NCBI GenBank assembly: GCA_004022145.1
Contig: RCNU01000014.1
From: Paecilomyces variotii
Taxonomy: Eukaryota
Direction: 5' to 3' (one strand)
Length of the DNA: 64,000 nt
Shown: piece by piece, positions 25,762 to 34,749 of the stretch
How positions within the stretch are numbered: position 1 is the stretch's first letter
Layout: each line of letters starts with the position of its first letter
Notes under the pieces: model-generated
Databases searched by the model: none
Told to the model about the DNA's origin: nothing
The model's input: only the letters and a program-made list of their open reading frames with translations
Program-made: the position numbers and the translations under genes

Positions 25762-26208
25762 ATGAACAAGACCTATCAACTTTCCGTTTCGATATTTGGT
25801 CCGGGGAGCTCCGAGCGCGCCCACTGGGGATTCGTAATCCATCAACCACCGAATCTCTATGGAGATCTCCTCCACGTTAGAGTGATCGATGTTCCTGCCA
25901 ACCGGTTTATATTCGAGAATCGATCCGGACATGGCCTACGCTCCCAGAACGCGTGGGGATTGTGCAAGGTTGCGCTACTCGATAATGCACAGCGGATTAA
26001 GGTGACTTCGATACTCTCGAGCGAGAAGCCACCAAATGGTGGAACAAAAGACTGCCAAGACTGGGTAGTAGATGCGCTCGTTTCATTGGAAGTAGAAGAA
26101 TTGGTCCCTGATGGTACAACACAAACCTGGAAATCGAGGGTGGGAAAGCAATCAGTGGCCATCAAGGGAGAGGTGGGTAGGGACTGGGAATCTTTGAATG
26201 ACAAATAG
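25762..26208 (+). CDS. Small hypothetical protein with HWG...H...CQDWV motif (permuted papain/NlpC-P60-like); element cargo
   Basis: 148-aa intact ORF with good start context (AAAC ATG); AHWGFVI, LLHVR, KDCQDWVVDALVSL. Confidence 0.75.
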   Translation: MNKTYQLSVSIFGPGSSERAHWGFVIHQPPNLYGDLLHVRVIDVPANRFIFENRSGHGLRSQNAWGLCKVALLDNAQRIKVTSILSSEKPPNGGTKDCQDWVVDALVSLEVEELVPDGTTQTWKSRVGKQSVAIKGEVGRDWESLNDK

Positions 26209-26211
26209 ATA

Positions 26212-27081
26212 TTATACAGGAGAGTACACTCTCATCGACCGATCAATCTCATCCCACAATTTGTACTCTTCCGGGAAAGCGGGAATAAAACAGGGGATTA
26301 TTTCAATCCAACTTTCTTCCATAGCAATCCGCTTAGCGGCAAAGTATTCCCTCTCTGGAAGACTGTACCCAGCCTCGCCCCAGTCTACTATTCCACTGAC
26401 CAGCCCATTCTGAATAATAATGTTATCTGTATGCAGGTCGCCGTGAGTCATAACTCCTATATCAGCAGAGCGCTGATTGTCATAAGATAGAATCTTCTCC
26501 TTCAGTTCTTCCTCTGTTTGACCCCAGACTCCATCTGGCCTTGATAAACGAAGTGCTTCAATAACACCAAGTTTATACTCTTCTAGCGATTGAAAAGGTC
26601 CATATCGCTTTAGAGAAGTATAGTCCCAAGGATGTTTGAAGATGATATCCTCACAAGGCCCACCATCCACCGAGCCTAGGAAAGGAGCGCCCAGTTTGCG
26701 CCATTCTAGAACGTAGGAGTTAAGTTGGCGTGCAATCGATTGGCGCTCTTCGTGCGACATATTATCCCAAGATGAGCCAAGTGGTTCGCCCTCCACCTTG
26801 CTCATCAGAATGAAACCTATATCCCCAATCGTATATGCGCTGAATACTTTAGGCACCGGGATGTTTGTTTTCGTAGCCAGAAGGATTAGTGCCTCCGCTT
26901 CACTCATTTTCACCGTCCAGCCAACTTTCAAAATCGTAGATTGGGATATCTGCCAGATAGCATTCCCGCTCATTCGATTTGGGGCGAGATCTATTGCTGA
27001 TTCGAGTTGATCGACTGGAACAATGAAGTTATCCTGTCCACGCAGTGAACTTGTGAAGACAACATTTGATGGCTCGGCCAT
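26212..27081 (-). CDS. APH-family (aminoglycoside phosphotransferase-like) kinase; element cargo
   Basis: 289-aa intronless ORF; EAEAL...TNIPVPKV, FILMSKVEG, MTHGDLHTDNIII, IVDWGEAGYSLPEREY. Confidence 0.9.
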   Translation of the reverse strand: MAEPSNVVFTSSLRGQDNFIVPVDQLESAIDLAPNRMSGNAIWQISQSTILKVGWTVKMSEAEALILLATKTNIPVPKVFSAYTIGDIGFILMSKVEGEPLGSSWDNMSHEERQSIARQLNSYVLEWRKLGAPFLGSVDGGPCEDIIFKHPWDYTSLKRYGPFQSLEEYKLGVIEALRLSRPDGVWGQTEEELKEKILSYDNQRSADIGVMTHGDLHTDNIIIQNGLVSGIVDWGEAGYSLPEREYFAAKRIAMEESWIEIIPCFIPAFPEEYKLWDEIDRSMRVYSPV

Positions 27082-27384
27082 AATCTCCTTTAGATATCCA
27101 AGGATTGATCGACCAGGATTCTAGAATTCTGCTGTTAGATAGGAGCTTTGTGAAGGGAAATACAGTTTCTACCTTATTGAAATAGGCCAACACACTTTCC
27201 GGGGCGCGAGACATGATTGCAATTGCCAACTGTATCAGTTGAAATTATTGAGAGCAAAGTTGACTGGGGCCGATCATGGTTGCAGATGACCCCGCCAGGC
27301 TCGCCTCGTTTTTAGCGTCGCTTGACGTGGCGGAAGAGGCAAAGTGACCTGTGTACCTACTCTTTCTCTTTATCATTTTTTGAT

Positions 27385-27619
27385 ATAGTCGTAATGTGGC
27401 AATGATAGTGCTAGCAAGCCCGAGATTGTCGGTTCTACCGTGTTGCTCGTGAGAATGGGTAAACATGCTCTTAGGTTGGACGATTAAACACTGCTAAGAT
27501 TAGGTATTCCGCGCCCAGATCCTCCGCACATTCAATATTTGCGCAACTGAGTCACAAGCCATTCTCCAAATTTGAGTCTTGTCCTTGGAGATCTTAACCC
27601 TCGGGCAAATTCAAAATGA
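27385..27619 (+). repeat. Diverged direct copy of the sequence downstream of the 5S 3' half (partner at 31865-32124)
   Basis: 22-nt exact match ATAGTCGTAATGTGGCAATGAT, plus AGATTGTCGGT..TACCGTGTTGCT and TGAGTCA.AAGCCA.TCTCCAAAT.TGAGTCTT..CCTTGGAG...CTCGGGC.AATTCAAA.TGA. Confidence 0.85.
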
Positions 27620-27666
27620 AAATAACATCTAGTTAGTATATGAGGCCAATTGAAGTAATTTCTAGC

Positions 27667-27729
27667 ACATACGACTATAGGGTGTGGAAAACAGGGCTTC
27701 CCGTCCGCTCAGCCGTACTTAAGCCATAT
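27667..27729 (+). pseudogene. Second 5S rRNA 5' half (inner), RIP-mutated, broken at the same position
   Basis: ACATACGACTATAGGGTGTGGAAAACAGGGCTTCCCGTCCGCTCAGCCGTACTTAAGCCATAT, with TATA at about -30 and CpA-to-TpA changes relative to 5S. Confidence 0.9.
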
Positions 27730-27826
27730 ATTCCGCACAGTTAATTGTTGAGACGCCCTTTATGTCTTTAAAGTTTCTGAAGTGACGATAAGAAGTCTCC
27801 TAGGGTAAGTGCAGGTGAGATGGGTG
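27730..27826 (+). repeat. Diverged copy of the element left end (partner at 18095-18195)
   Basis: ATTCC.CACAGTTAATTGTTGAGA.GCC...AGAAGTCTC.TAG...GTGCAGGTGAGATGGG is shared by both junctions. Confidence 0.88.
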
Positions 27827-28035
27827 AGTGCTCGATAACTCTCACCTCTGGAGGTGAGAGACTCACGCGATAGGGCAAGACACTCACCCAACAGGGCAAG
27901 AGGGCTCACTTAGAGCGGCCGAGCTCGCCTTATCGGTGGAACAACCCCCATAATAGATGTATTAAATAGGCCAGGCACCCTTCTAACTCTCTTATCCTCA
28001 TATAACTAATATAGACAGAATCCCCCGATACTTCC
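27827..28035 (+). mobile_element. Possible solo-LTR-like insertion remnant
   Basis: Starts where left-end homology stops and precedes a 5'-truncated LysM gene. It has internal short repeats (AGGGCAAGA x2, CTCAC x4), a CTCTCACCTC/GAGGTGAGAG hairpin and a TATA-like box followed by a pyrimidine tract. No clean TG...CA ends. Confidence 0.25.
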
Positions 28036-28071
28036 AATATTGCACGTGACTTCCACATAATTATAGCTACA

Positions 28072-29658
28072 GGTTGAGCTTCCAACATTCCGCTCCTGGA
28101 ATCCTAACATCAATTCCGCTTGCTCTAACCTAGGCGCTTTGGAAGGACAATACATATGTCTCAGGTCAGTAAATCCTGTATTTATATGAGCTCTACTGAC
28201 GCAATAAAGCCCTCCTGGAATGACAGAAATCCCAGATTCTTTTCCATTGATGCCTGCAAGTGTCGCGGCGTAAGTACTACATACGACCTAAAGAGGATTC
28301 GAGGACTAATTGCTTACAGGCCTGTCCCAATAGATGCTGTTACGACCTCCAATACGAAATGTGGACATTGGTATAAGGTTTAGAGTGGTGATACCTGTGA
28401 CAGCATTACAAATGAGTTCGATATATTACTCACGGATTTCGAGTTTCTCAACCCGCAGTTAGATATGAATTGCACAGACCTATGGTTGGGAAACAGTTAT
28501 GTAAGTCGTCGGGGAATATTGCAAGATGCTTCAAGATATAAATCTAATATATCTATTTTAGTGTGTCCAACCAGTCGGCAACATTAAAACATATTCTGGG
28601 TATTCTGTGTCATCCTCAGGCTACAGTGCACTCCCGACTACAATTAACCTCAACGCTACACTAACAGCGAACCGATCAACAACGTAAGATCACTCTTCTT
28701 CTTCTTCTTCTTCTTCTCTCTCTCTCTCTCTCTCTTTCTCTTTTTTTCCCTTTTTTTTTCTTTTTTGAGAGGTTGGCTAATGATGTATGTTCAATTTATT
28801 AACCAAGCAGTCATTTTTTCCCCACCCTTACCCCTGTTACTACGAGTACATTCGTCTATAACTCAACAGCCGTCTCCTTTGCTCATAACTATACGCTCTG
28901 TTCACAAGCTTTGAAATATTACAATATCACCAACGGCGATATCCCAGAGAGTGTGGTCCAAGACTCTCAGTGGTACTCAGAATACCAGAGGGTCTGTTTA
29001 CTCAATCTGAGTCAACCGTTGCCCACTATACCTTTCAATATAAGTATTACTACCCCTCCATCAAATGGTGCAGGTCCGACTACTACAGTCGTAATAAGTG
29101 CTTCTTCTGCAATGTCGTCAACATCCACGGCATCAGGTACTACAGGTATCAGAATTTCCCCGGATGGCACGTGCGGAGAGTCCTACGGATACACCTGTAA
29201 AGGGTCATCTTTCGGCGACTGTTGTAGTATTTACGGTTATTGGTATAGTATTCCCATCTTCACCACGTTCTATAGTCAAGATTCAGATTCTAATTACCAA
29301 TATACAGTGGTTCTGGTAGTGACTACTGCGGTTCTAATTGTGATCCGGAGTATGGGGACTGCAGTTCGTATAGTTCATCATCTACGGCTTCGGCTGGTGC
29401 TTCTGCGACATTGCCATCAGCTTCAGCTACATCAACTGCAGCAATTACAGTTTCTCCGGATGGTACATGCGCAGAGACTTATGGATATACTTGCAAAGGG
29501 TCAACCTTCGGGGACTGTTGTAGCATATATGGTTATTGGTATTTTTTCCCATCCCCGCTTCCTCTTCGTGTACCATGCGATACTCATGTATTCACAGCGG
29601 TTCCACCAGCGACTATTGTGGCTCAAATTGTGACATCAACTATGGCAATTGTACTTAG
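28072..29658 (+). pseudogene. 5'-truncated LysM + 2x hevein/CBM18 chitin-binding protein pseudogene
   Basis: LysM-like TFRSWNPNINSACSNL..GQYICL and CGHWYKV*SGDTCDSIT...FEFLNPQLDMNCTDLWLGNSY|CV, with TAG at 28381-28383 (likely from CAG). Two SPDGTC..YGYTCKGS.FGDCCSIYGY|CG repeats. Confidence 0.8.
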
Positions 29659-30261
29659 ACCGCGCATTATCCGAACAGGTCAGCGTGATCTCACGAAGCT
29701 ACTGTAGTTGTGATAACCTATGATGAGTGAAAGGACAACTGGTCCTTGATTACTGTCGTCGTCCATTGTTGTGCTTGATCCGACGCATTCTATTTGTGAA
29801 ATACCAAAGCAGAAGAGAAAAAGGGTTAGCACGAGTCCCTATAGATGAATTCTACTTTCGTGTACATAAATAATTACTCGATTCGATCTTCAAAGCAAGG
29901 TTGAAGATAGCAAGTAATAATCAGAATTTTATTAAATTTACGAGTTTTTTAACTAAGAGGCTACAGAACAATAATTAATTAACCACTGTAACAACATTAC
30001 TGTTAAGATGGCAATACGCCTGCAAAGCAAAAAATGATAGAGAATATGCGCTCTTTTCCCTTTAACTCTAAATTACTAGTACGGTACTGCGGAATAACCA
30101 CTAATTAATAGCGGGCGAGTGGTGGCAAATGTCTCCACAGTTGTACCGCAGAAGATGAAAAAAATGTAAGGCAGATTCCATGATACCAACAAAACAGCGA
30201 CTCATAAAGACCTTAGATCCCTCCAATCTCCATACTAAGTCATATTTCCAGACACCCGAGG

Positions 30262-31524
30262 ATGGCGACTTCAAATCATACAAGGCCAATTCGATATTGG
30301 CCGGGAGGAATCCCTGCCTCCGTTCAGTATCACCCGACGAAACAACTTACTGAGCAAGAGAAAGATAATGGGAATTGGGATTTTCCTACTCCTGAGGAGA
30401 CCATTGAAGAATCAAAAGGTTGGCTGTTATTTGTCGAGGTATGTGTCATGTTTATGTTTGGAAAATAAAAGAAATCCGAATTCTTACTTAATCCTCCATT
30501 TCATATAGGAACAATGGCTGTCTCGCGAGGCAGCAGGTAGCTCAGATGAAGACGAAGAGTACGAACTCCGTCAAAGACGTTCTTTGGTCGAGAAGTGGGC
30601 CTCAGCAGATCAGTCATTTCGTGATGTTCGTAATATCTGTCTTATCTTGCACAGGAATCCAGCACTAATTGACAGTCTTTTCATAACCGCGCGCACCCCA
30701 GGAAATCAGCGATAGATTATCCATCTTCAGCTTTAGAACGCCTTGAAGACACGCGGCAGGATTATAGCTCTTGGGTCTGCATAAATCCTGTAGATACGCC
30801 ACTCAAGCGTGCGCGCTTTGTCAAGTTCTTGATCCTTTGTTACCGACTTGATGGACAGAATTGGCATCCAGAACCAAACGGCGAAATCCTTCCCACAATG
30901 GTGAAACCAAACCCTGCTACATTCCCGGATGCTAACGACTTCACTATTTCCGACTTCCCTATGTGGGCGGTTGTCGAAACGGCTGACTTCAAAGCTATAT
31001 CAATGTCTGTTACGGGGCATCTTATCCTCGAAACCAATTACGGTCCATATTTCATCATCGATCAAGCTTCTCTTGAGACAGGCCGATTCTTCGTTGTAGA
31101 ATATAAATCAACAGGCCATATCGACCATATCATCCCACGACGACCGTACTTTTTAACGGATCTTGTGAATTATTCCGAGCTTGGATTCACAGTCGAGCGT
31201 ATGGAGGAAGAAAATATCGGTGGACGCGAACAATATCAGAATCAGCCGTAAGTGCAATCCTACTTTCGAAAACGCAGTATTTGGCGCTTACGACTTTCAC
31301 TCAGGATGGATATGGATCTACCAATTCTAGACATTATTCAAAAAGCGAAAGATAATAATCAAATGACGAAGTTCTTTTACACTGAGCGTGATCAGTGGGA
31401 GAAGGATATTGAGCTATATGCGCCAGGTTACTTGGCCATGGAGGCGGAAGGGAGGGCTTCAGAGTATGACATTCGGAATCTAAGAGACACACGCGAAGCG
31501 AGTAGGGCACGTTGTGGAGGATGA
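30262..31524 (+). CDS. Hypothetical multi-exon protein; last cargo gene of the element
   Basis: MATSNHTRPIRYWPGGIP...GWLLFVE, with GT-AG introns linking ORFs 30262, 30829 and 31252. Protein-like composition; family not recognised. Confidence 0.65.
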
Positions 31525-31745
31525 AATATACCTTTTCTTCGGATAGCAATTAGCTACTCGATTCATACCATGGGGAACATACTATAAACACTAAAGTTTT
31601 GGCCCCTAAGGTCGCGCGACTATGTGTCGCGTCTTACCCGCTATCGCTCGCGCACTTACTCTAACTTACCCCAGTTGCGCGACCGTAAAGCGGCTCTTGC
31701 CCGTTACTTACCCGGGCGGCACCCAGGGCCCTATTGACTGCAGAG

Positions 31746-31810
31746 AAGCCACACGCCGGCAGGTTAGTAGTTGGGTGGGTGACTACTAGCGAATCCCTGC
31801 TGTTGTATGT
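31746..31810 (+). rRNA. 5S rRNA gene, 3' half, followed by Pol III poly-T terminator
   Basis: AAGCCACACGCCGGCAGGTTAGTAGTTGGGTGGGTGACTACTAGCGAATCCCTGCTGTTGTATGT then a T run. Joined to either 5' half it gives a 119-nt 5S gene. Confidence 0.93.
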
Positions 31811-32509
31811 TTTTTTATTTTTTTTTATTTTGTATTCTTTTTCTCCTTTTCTTTCTTTATATAGATAGTCGTAATGTGGCAATGATGCTGCTAGATTGTC
31901 GGTGTTACCGTGTTGCTGGCGTTTCATAACCAACAGCGGAGTCCGTTTCAGCGTCCCGAACGTTGCCACAGGTAGTTCTCACACTGGCTTAATGAGAAGG
32001 TTTAATCGAAATGCTGCAAAATTTACTCCGCCCAAATTCGCACTTTGACATTTGCGTATTGAGTCAGAAGCCAGTCTCCAAATCTGAGTCTTTCCCTTGG
32101 AGTCTCGGGCGAATTCAAAGTGACACTGCCTGTCCAACCTTGGAAAAGTCTTCCCTGAAAGTTGTTGCCACACGTCGACGATCTTCCGTCGTTTATATCT
32201 GGCATAGCTGCATCGGTGGTTTCGCGCATGGATGGTGATGCAGATAGTATTTGCTGGTGTATTGATGCTTTCACCCGTGGATCTCAACAGCAGTATGCAT
32301 GGACCCGAGACTCAAAAGTCCTAATGAAAGGTGAATGAAGAGGAGGATGATCAGGTCTTATCAAGGGAGGGGTGGAGTCCCTCCGAATGGCTCTCGCATG
32401 GTAATGTCGTATAATTCATGGGACGGAAACACCTAAAGGCTGTGGCAGTAGGCGCCTGATTGTATAAATAATGAATTAGAACTAGGATCATCACAAGCGC
32501 ACCGTGATC

Positions 32510-33088
32510 TTACCTTGAGAGTAGACCCCAAAGGAGATTGATAACGACGAATATGAGCCATATAATCAATACTGCATACGGGTTAGAAGAGGCGCCAAAA
32601 TTCAAGAAAAAGCTCCATCGTGAGCAAAGATACAAACCTTCAGCACCCCATATTTCGCAATGTCTCAAAACCGTCTTCCAGCGTTTGGTCTTCAGCCAGG
32701 TTGGGACGAGGTCCATTTGACACGTCTTGCCTCCGATGACGAGACAGCCTCCTTTTGTTCTTCGACATTCGAGATGCCTTCTTCTTCTCTCCATGATCCT
32801 TCTGATCCTCCAGTTACAGAAGGACTCGTCGGTTCTGAACGAACATTTCTCCATTGGACATTCGAGCTTCAGTTCGAAGCGTTCCACGAGCCAGTCCACT
32901 TTCAAATGGACGCCGGTATATACGAGATAATAGAAATGGCGAGATGTGTGCTTCAATGCTAGCGCATCTGGGTATGTGAGGTAAGATGCAATGTGTAGAT
33001 GAAGTTCCGTGGGTAGATCCATCAGTCTCAATGGTCGTTCTTGAGCATGTGCTCGTGGCACGGTATCTCTGCCCTGAATATCTTCCAT
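32510..33088 (-). CDS. F-box domain protein (start uncertain; one intron near the 3' end; C-terminal hydrophobic segment)
   Basis: LMDLPTELHLHIASYLTYPDALALKHTSRHFY F-box; Cys-rich CPMEKCSFRTDESFCN...HLEC...GGC region. Confidence 0.8.
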   Translation of the reverse strand: MEDIQGRDTVPRAHAQERPLRLMDLPTELHLHIASYLTYPDALALKHTSRHFYYLVYTGVHLKVDWLVERFELKLECPMEKCSFRTDESFCNWRIRRIMERRRRHLECRRTKGGCLVIGGKTCQMDLVPTWLKTKRWKTVLRHCEIWGAEGLYLCSRWSFFLNFGASSNPYAVLIIWLIFVVINLLWGLLSR

Positions 33089-33856
33089 GACTGCATCAAA
33101 TGGATTATACACGGGAAATTGAATAGAACTGCTCCCTGGGACAGAGACCAGGATATAAGACAACAATATAGAGCCAGCAACAGTAGAGCAAATGGCAACA
33201 GAGCAAACAACAGACAGACGAGTCAAGATGGAATATGGCTGCCTAGCTCCACCGGCATGATTGGCTCTCCATTTAGAATGAAGATGACACTTGGAATACA
33301 GCAAAATGAACAAAGTGCTTCTCAGAAATAGAGAAGCCTGAAGGATCAGATCTTCCGTTGGATTATTCGGACGTGCAGTACTTGACGGCAGGATAGACCG
33401 GTGTTAAAGAACGGGAGTATCTTTCCAGTAGGTACAGGTGAGATGATCAAGCAATAGTAAACCCTGCAGATTGTAAAATGCAGAGCTTGAGCCACCCAAC
33501 TGAAGTAGAAACATTAGAAATACAAGTCCCCATGGATAAAAAACAGAGCATTATCTGGGCGACTGTTCAATATGCGAGCCCCTCCATGCTGAGACATCCG
33601 AATGCGGCGTTGTTTGTTCTCGGGCAGAAAGCACGGGCCACCCATCACATGTTCCATTCGTTCTCTCCGCCTTCAGTTTTGGGCTATTTTGATGGACTTC
33701 TCTTAAAGCTATCAGCAACAACTTGCTTACTTGCACCCATCTGCCGCAAAACAGCCCACTGCAAGAATCCTTATACCTAAATTACGATATTGCAAGGACA
33801 AGCATAATTTTCAGGACCCCTCAAAGAACAAGAAAAGAAATTTAAAAATTTCAACA

Positions 33857-34516
33857 ATGGCAGACAAGTCCAAGTCTGCCTACGGTGTCGCCTCCGACGA
33901 CACCTCCTTCCGCAAGACATGGAACCGCGAAGAATACGCCAGGAAAGCCGCAGAGGAAGAAGCCAAATCCAAAGAGGAATCCAAGGCGCGATATGAAGCC
34001 AAGCTCGCGGGAAAGAAATACCATGCTCCCGTCGACTACAGCACTCTGGAGGCGACGTCCTCGCGCAAGCAACGACTAGATGTGGCGTCGATGGTGGGAA
34101 AGACGACGATAGTGCCAGCTGGTGCGGGAGTGGGAAAGAGAGGAAGAAGTGCTGGTTTCTACTGCCCCGACTGTGACCTTACGTTCAAGGATAACATACA
34201 GTTGGTGGAGCATCTGAATAGCAAGCAGCACTTGATCGCCACCGGACAGAGTGGAGAAGTCGTTCGTGCAACGGTGGAAGATGTACGGAACAGATTGCGC
34301 TGGTTGGCGCACCAGAAGCGAGTGAAGGAGGAAGAACAGCGAAAGGCCTGGCAGCTAGATCTGGGAGCTCGACTTAAGGAGAGAGAAGAGGAAGAAGCCC
34401 GCGAGCGCGAGGAAAAGCGCAGAAAACGGAATGAGAAGCGGAGAAAGGCGAAGGAAGGCGAGGACGGAATCAAGCAAGAAGACGGTTGGGAGGGTAGGCT
34501 GGGAATCATCGCATGA
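33857..34516 (+). CDS. snu23: U4/U6.U5 snRNP zinc-finger protein Snu23/ZMAT2
   Basis: DTSFRKTWNREEY; GFYCPDCDLTFKDNIQLVEHLNSKQH; RATVEDVRNRL; charged C-terminus. Confidence 0.9.
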   Translation: MADKSKSAYGVASDDTSFRKTWNREEYARKAAEEEAKSKEESKARYEAKLAGKKYHAPVDYSTLEATSSRKQRLDVASMVGKTTIVPAGAGVGKRGRSAGFYCPDCDLTFKDNIQLVEHLNSKQHLIATGQSGEVVRATVEDVRNRLRWLAHQKRVKEEEQRKAWQLDLGARLKEREEEEAREREEKRRKRNEKRRKAKEGEDGIKQEDGWEGRLGIIA

Positions 34517-34749
34517 GCTATCTACATTGTGCCGGTTGCGGAGTCTACAATTATACCCATGGCGTTTTGGTGCAGGAGGCCTTGGCTGGTCATATTACAA
34601 TTCAGAGCCAGGAAAAGTAGTTATGCTGCATGTTGAAAAGAACATCTTAGATTAATCCGAACATTATATCCTATCCTTCCTGGATATGTACCTATGGTAA
34701 CGCCGTGATCCCAGACCGTGACCCTACCCCGACCTAAACCTGCTCCGAT

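Larger units (their letters stand above)
18095..31745. mobile_element. 13.65-kb insertion in a 5S rRNA gene; derelict (captain-less) Starship-like cargo element, probably composite
   Basis: Flanked by complementary 5S halves sharing direct repeat AAGCCACAC (18086-18094 and 31746-31754). Short asymmetric inverted repeat CAGTTAAT (18103-18110) / ATTGACTG (31733-31740). Cargo is accessory genes and pseudogenes with RIP-like changes. No DUF3435-like ORF found. Confidence 0.75.

Noticed and set aside
18095-31745. DUF3435 tyrosine-recombinase captain gene
   Set aside because: No long ORF with recombinase-like motifs at either end on either strand. A heavily decayed remnant cannot be excluded without an HMM search.
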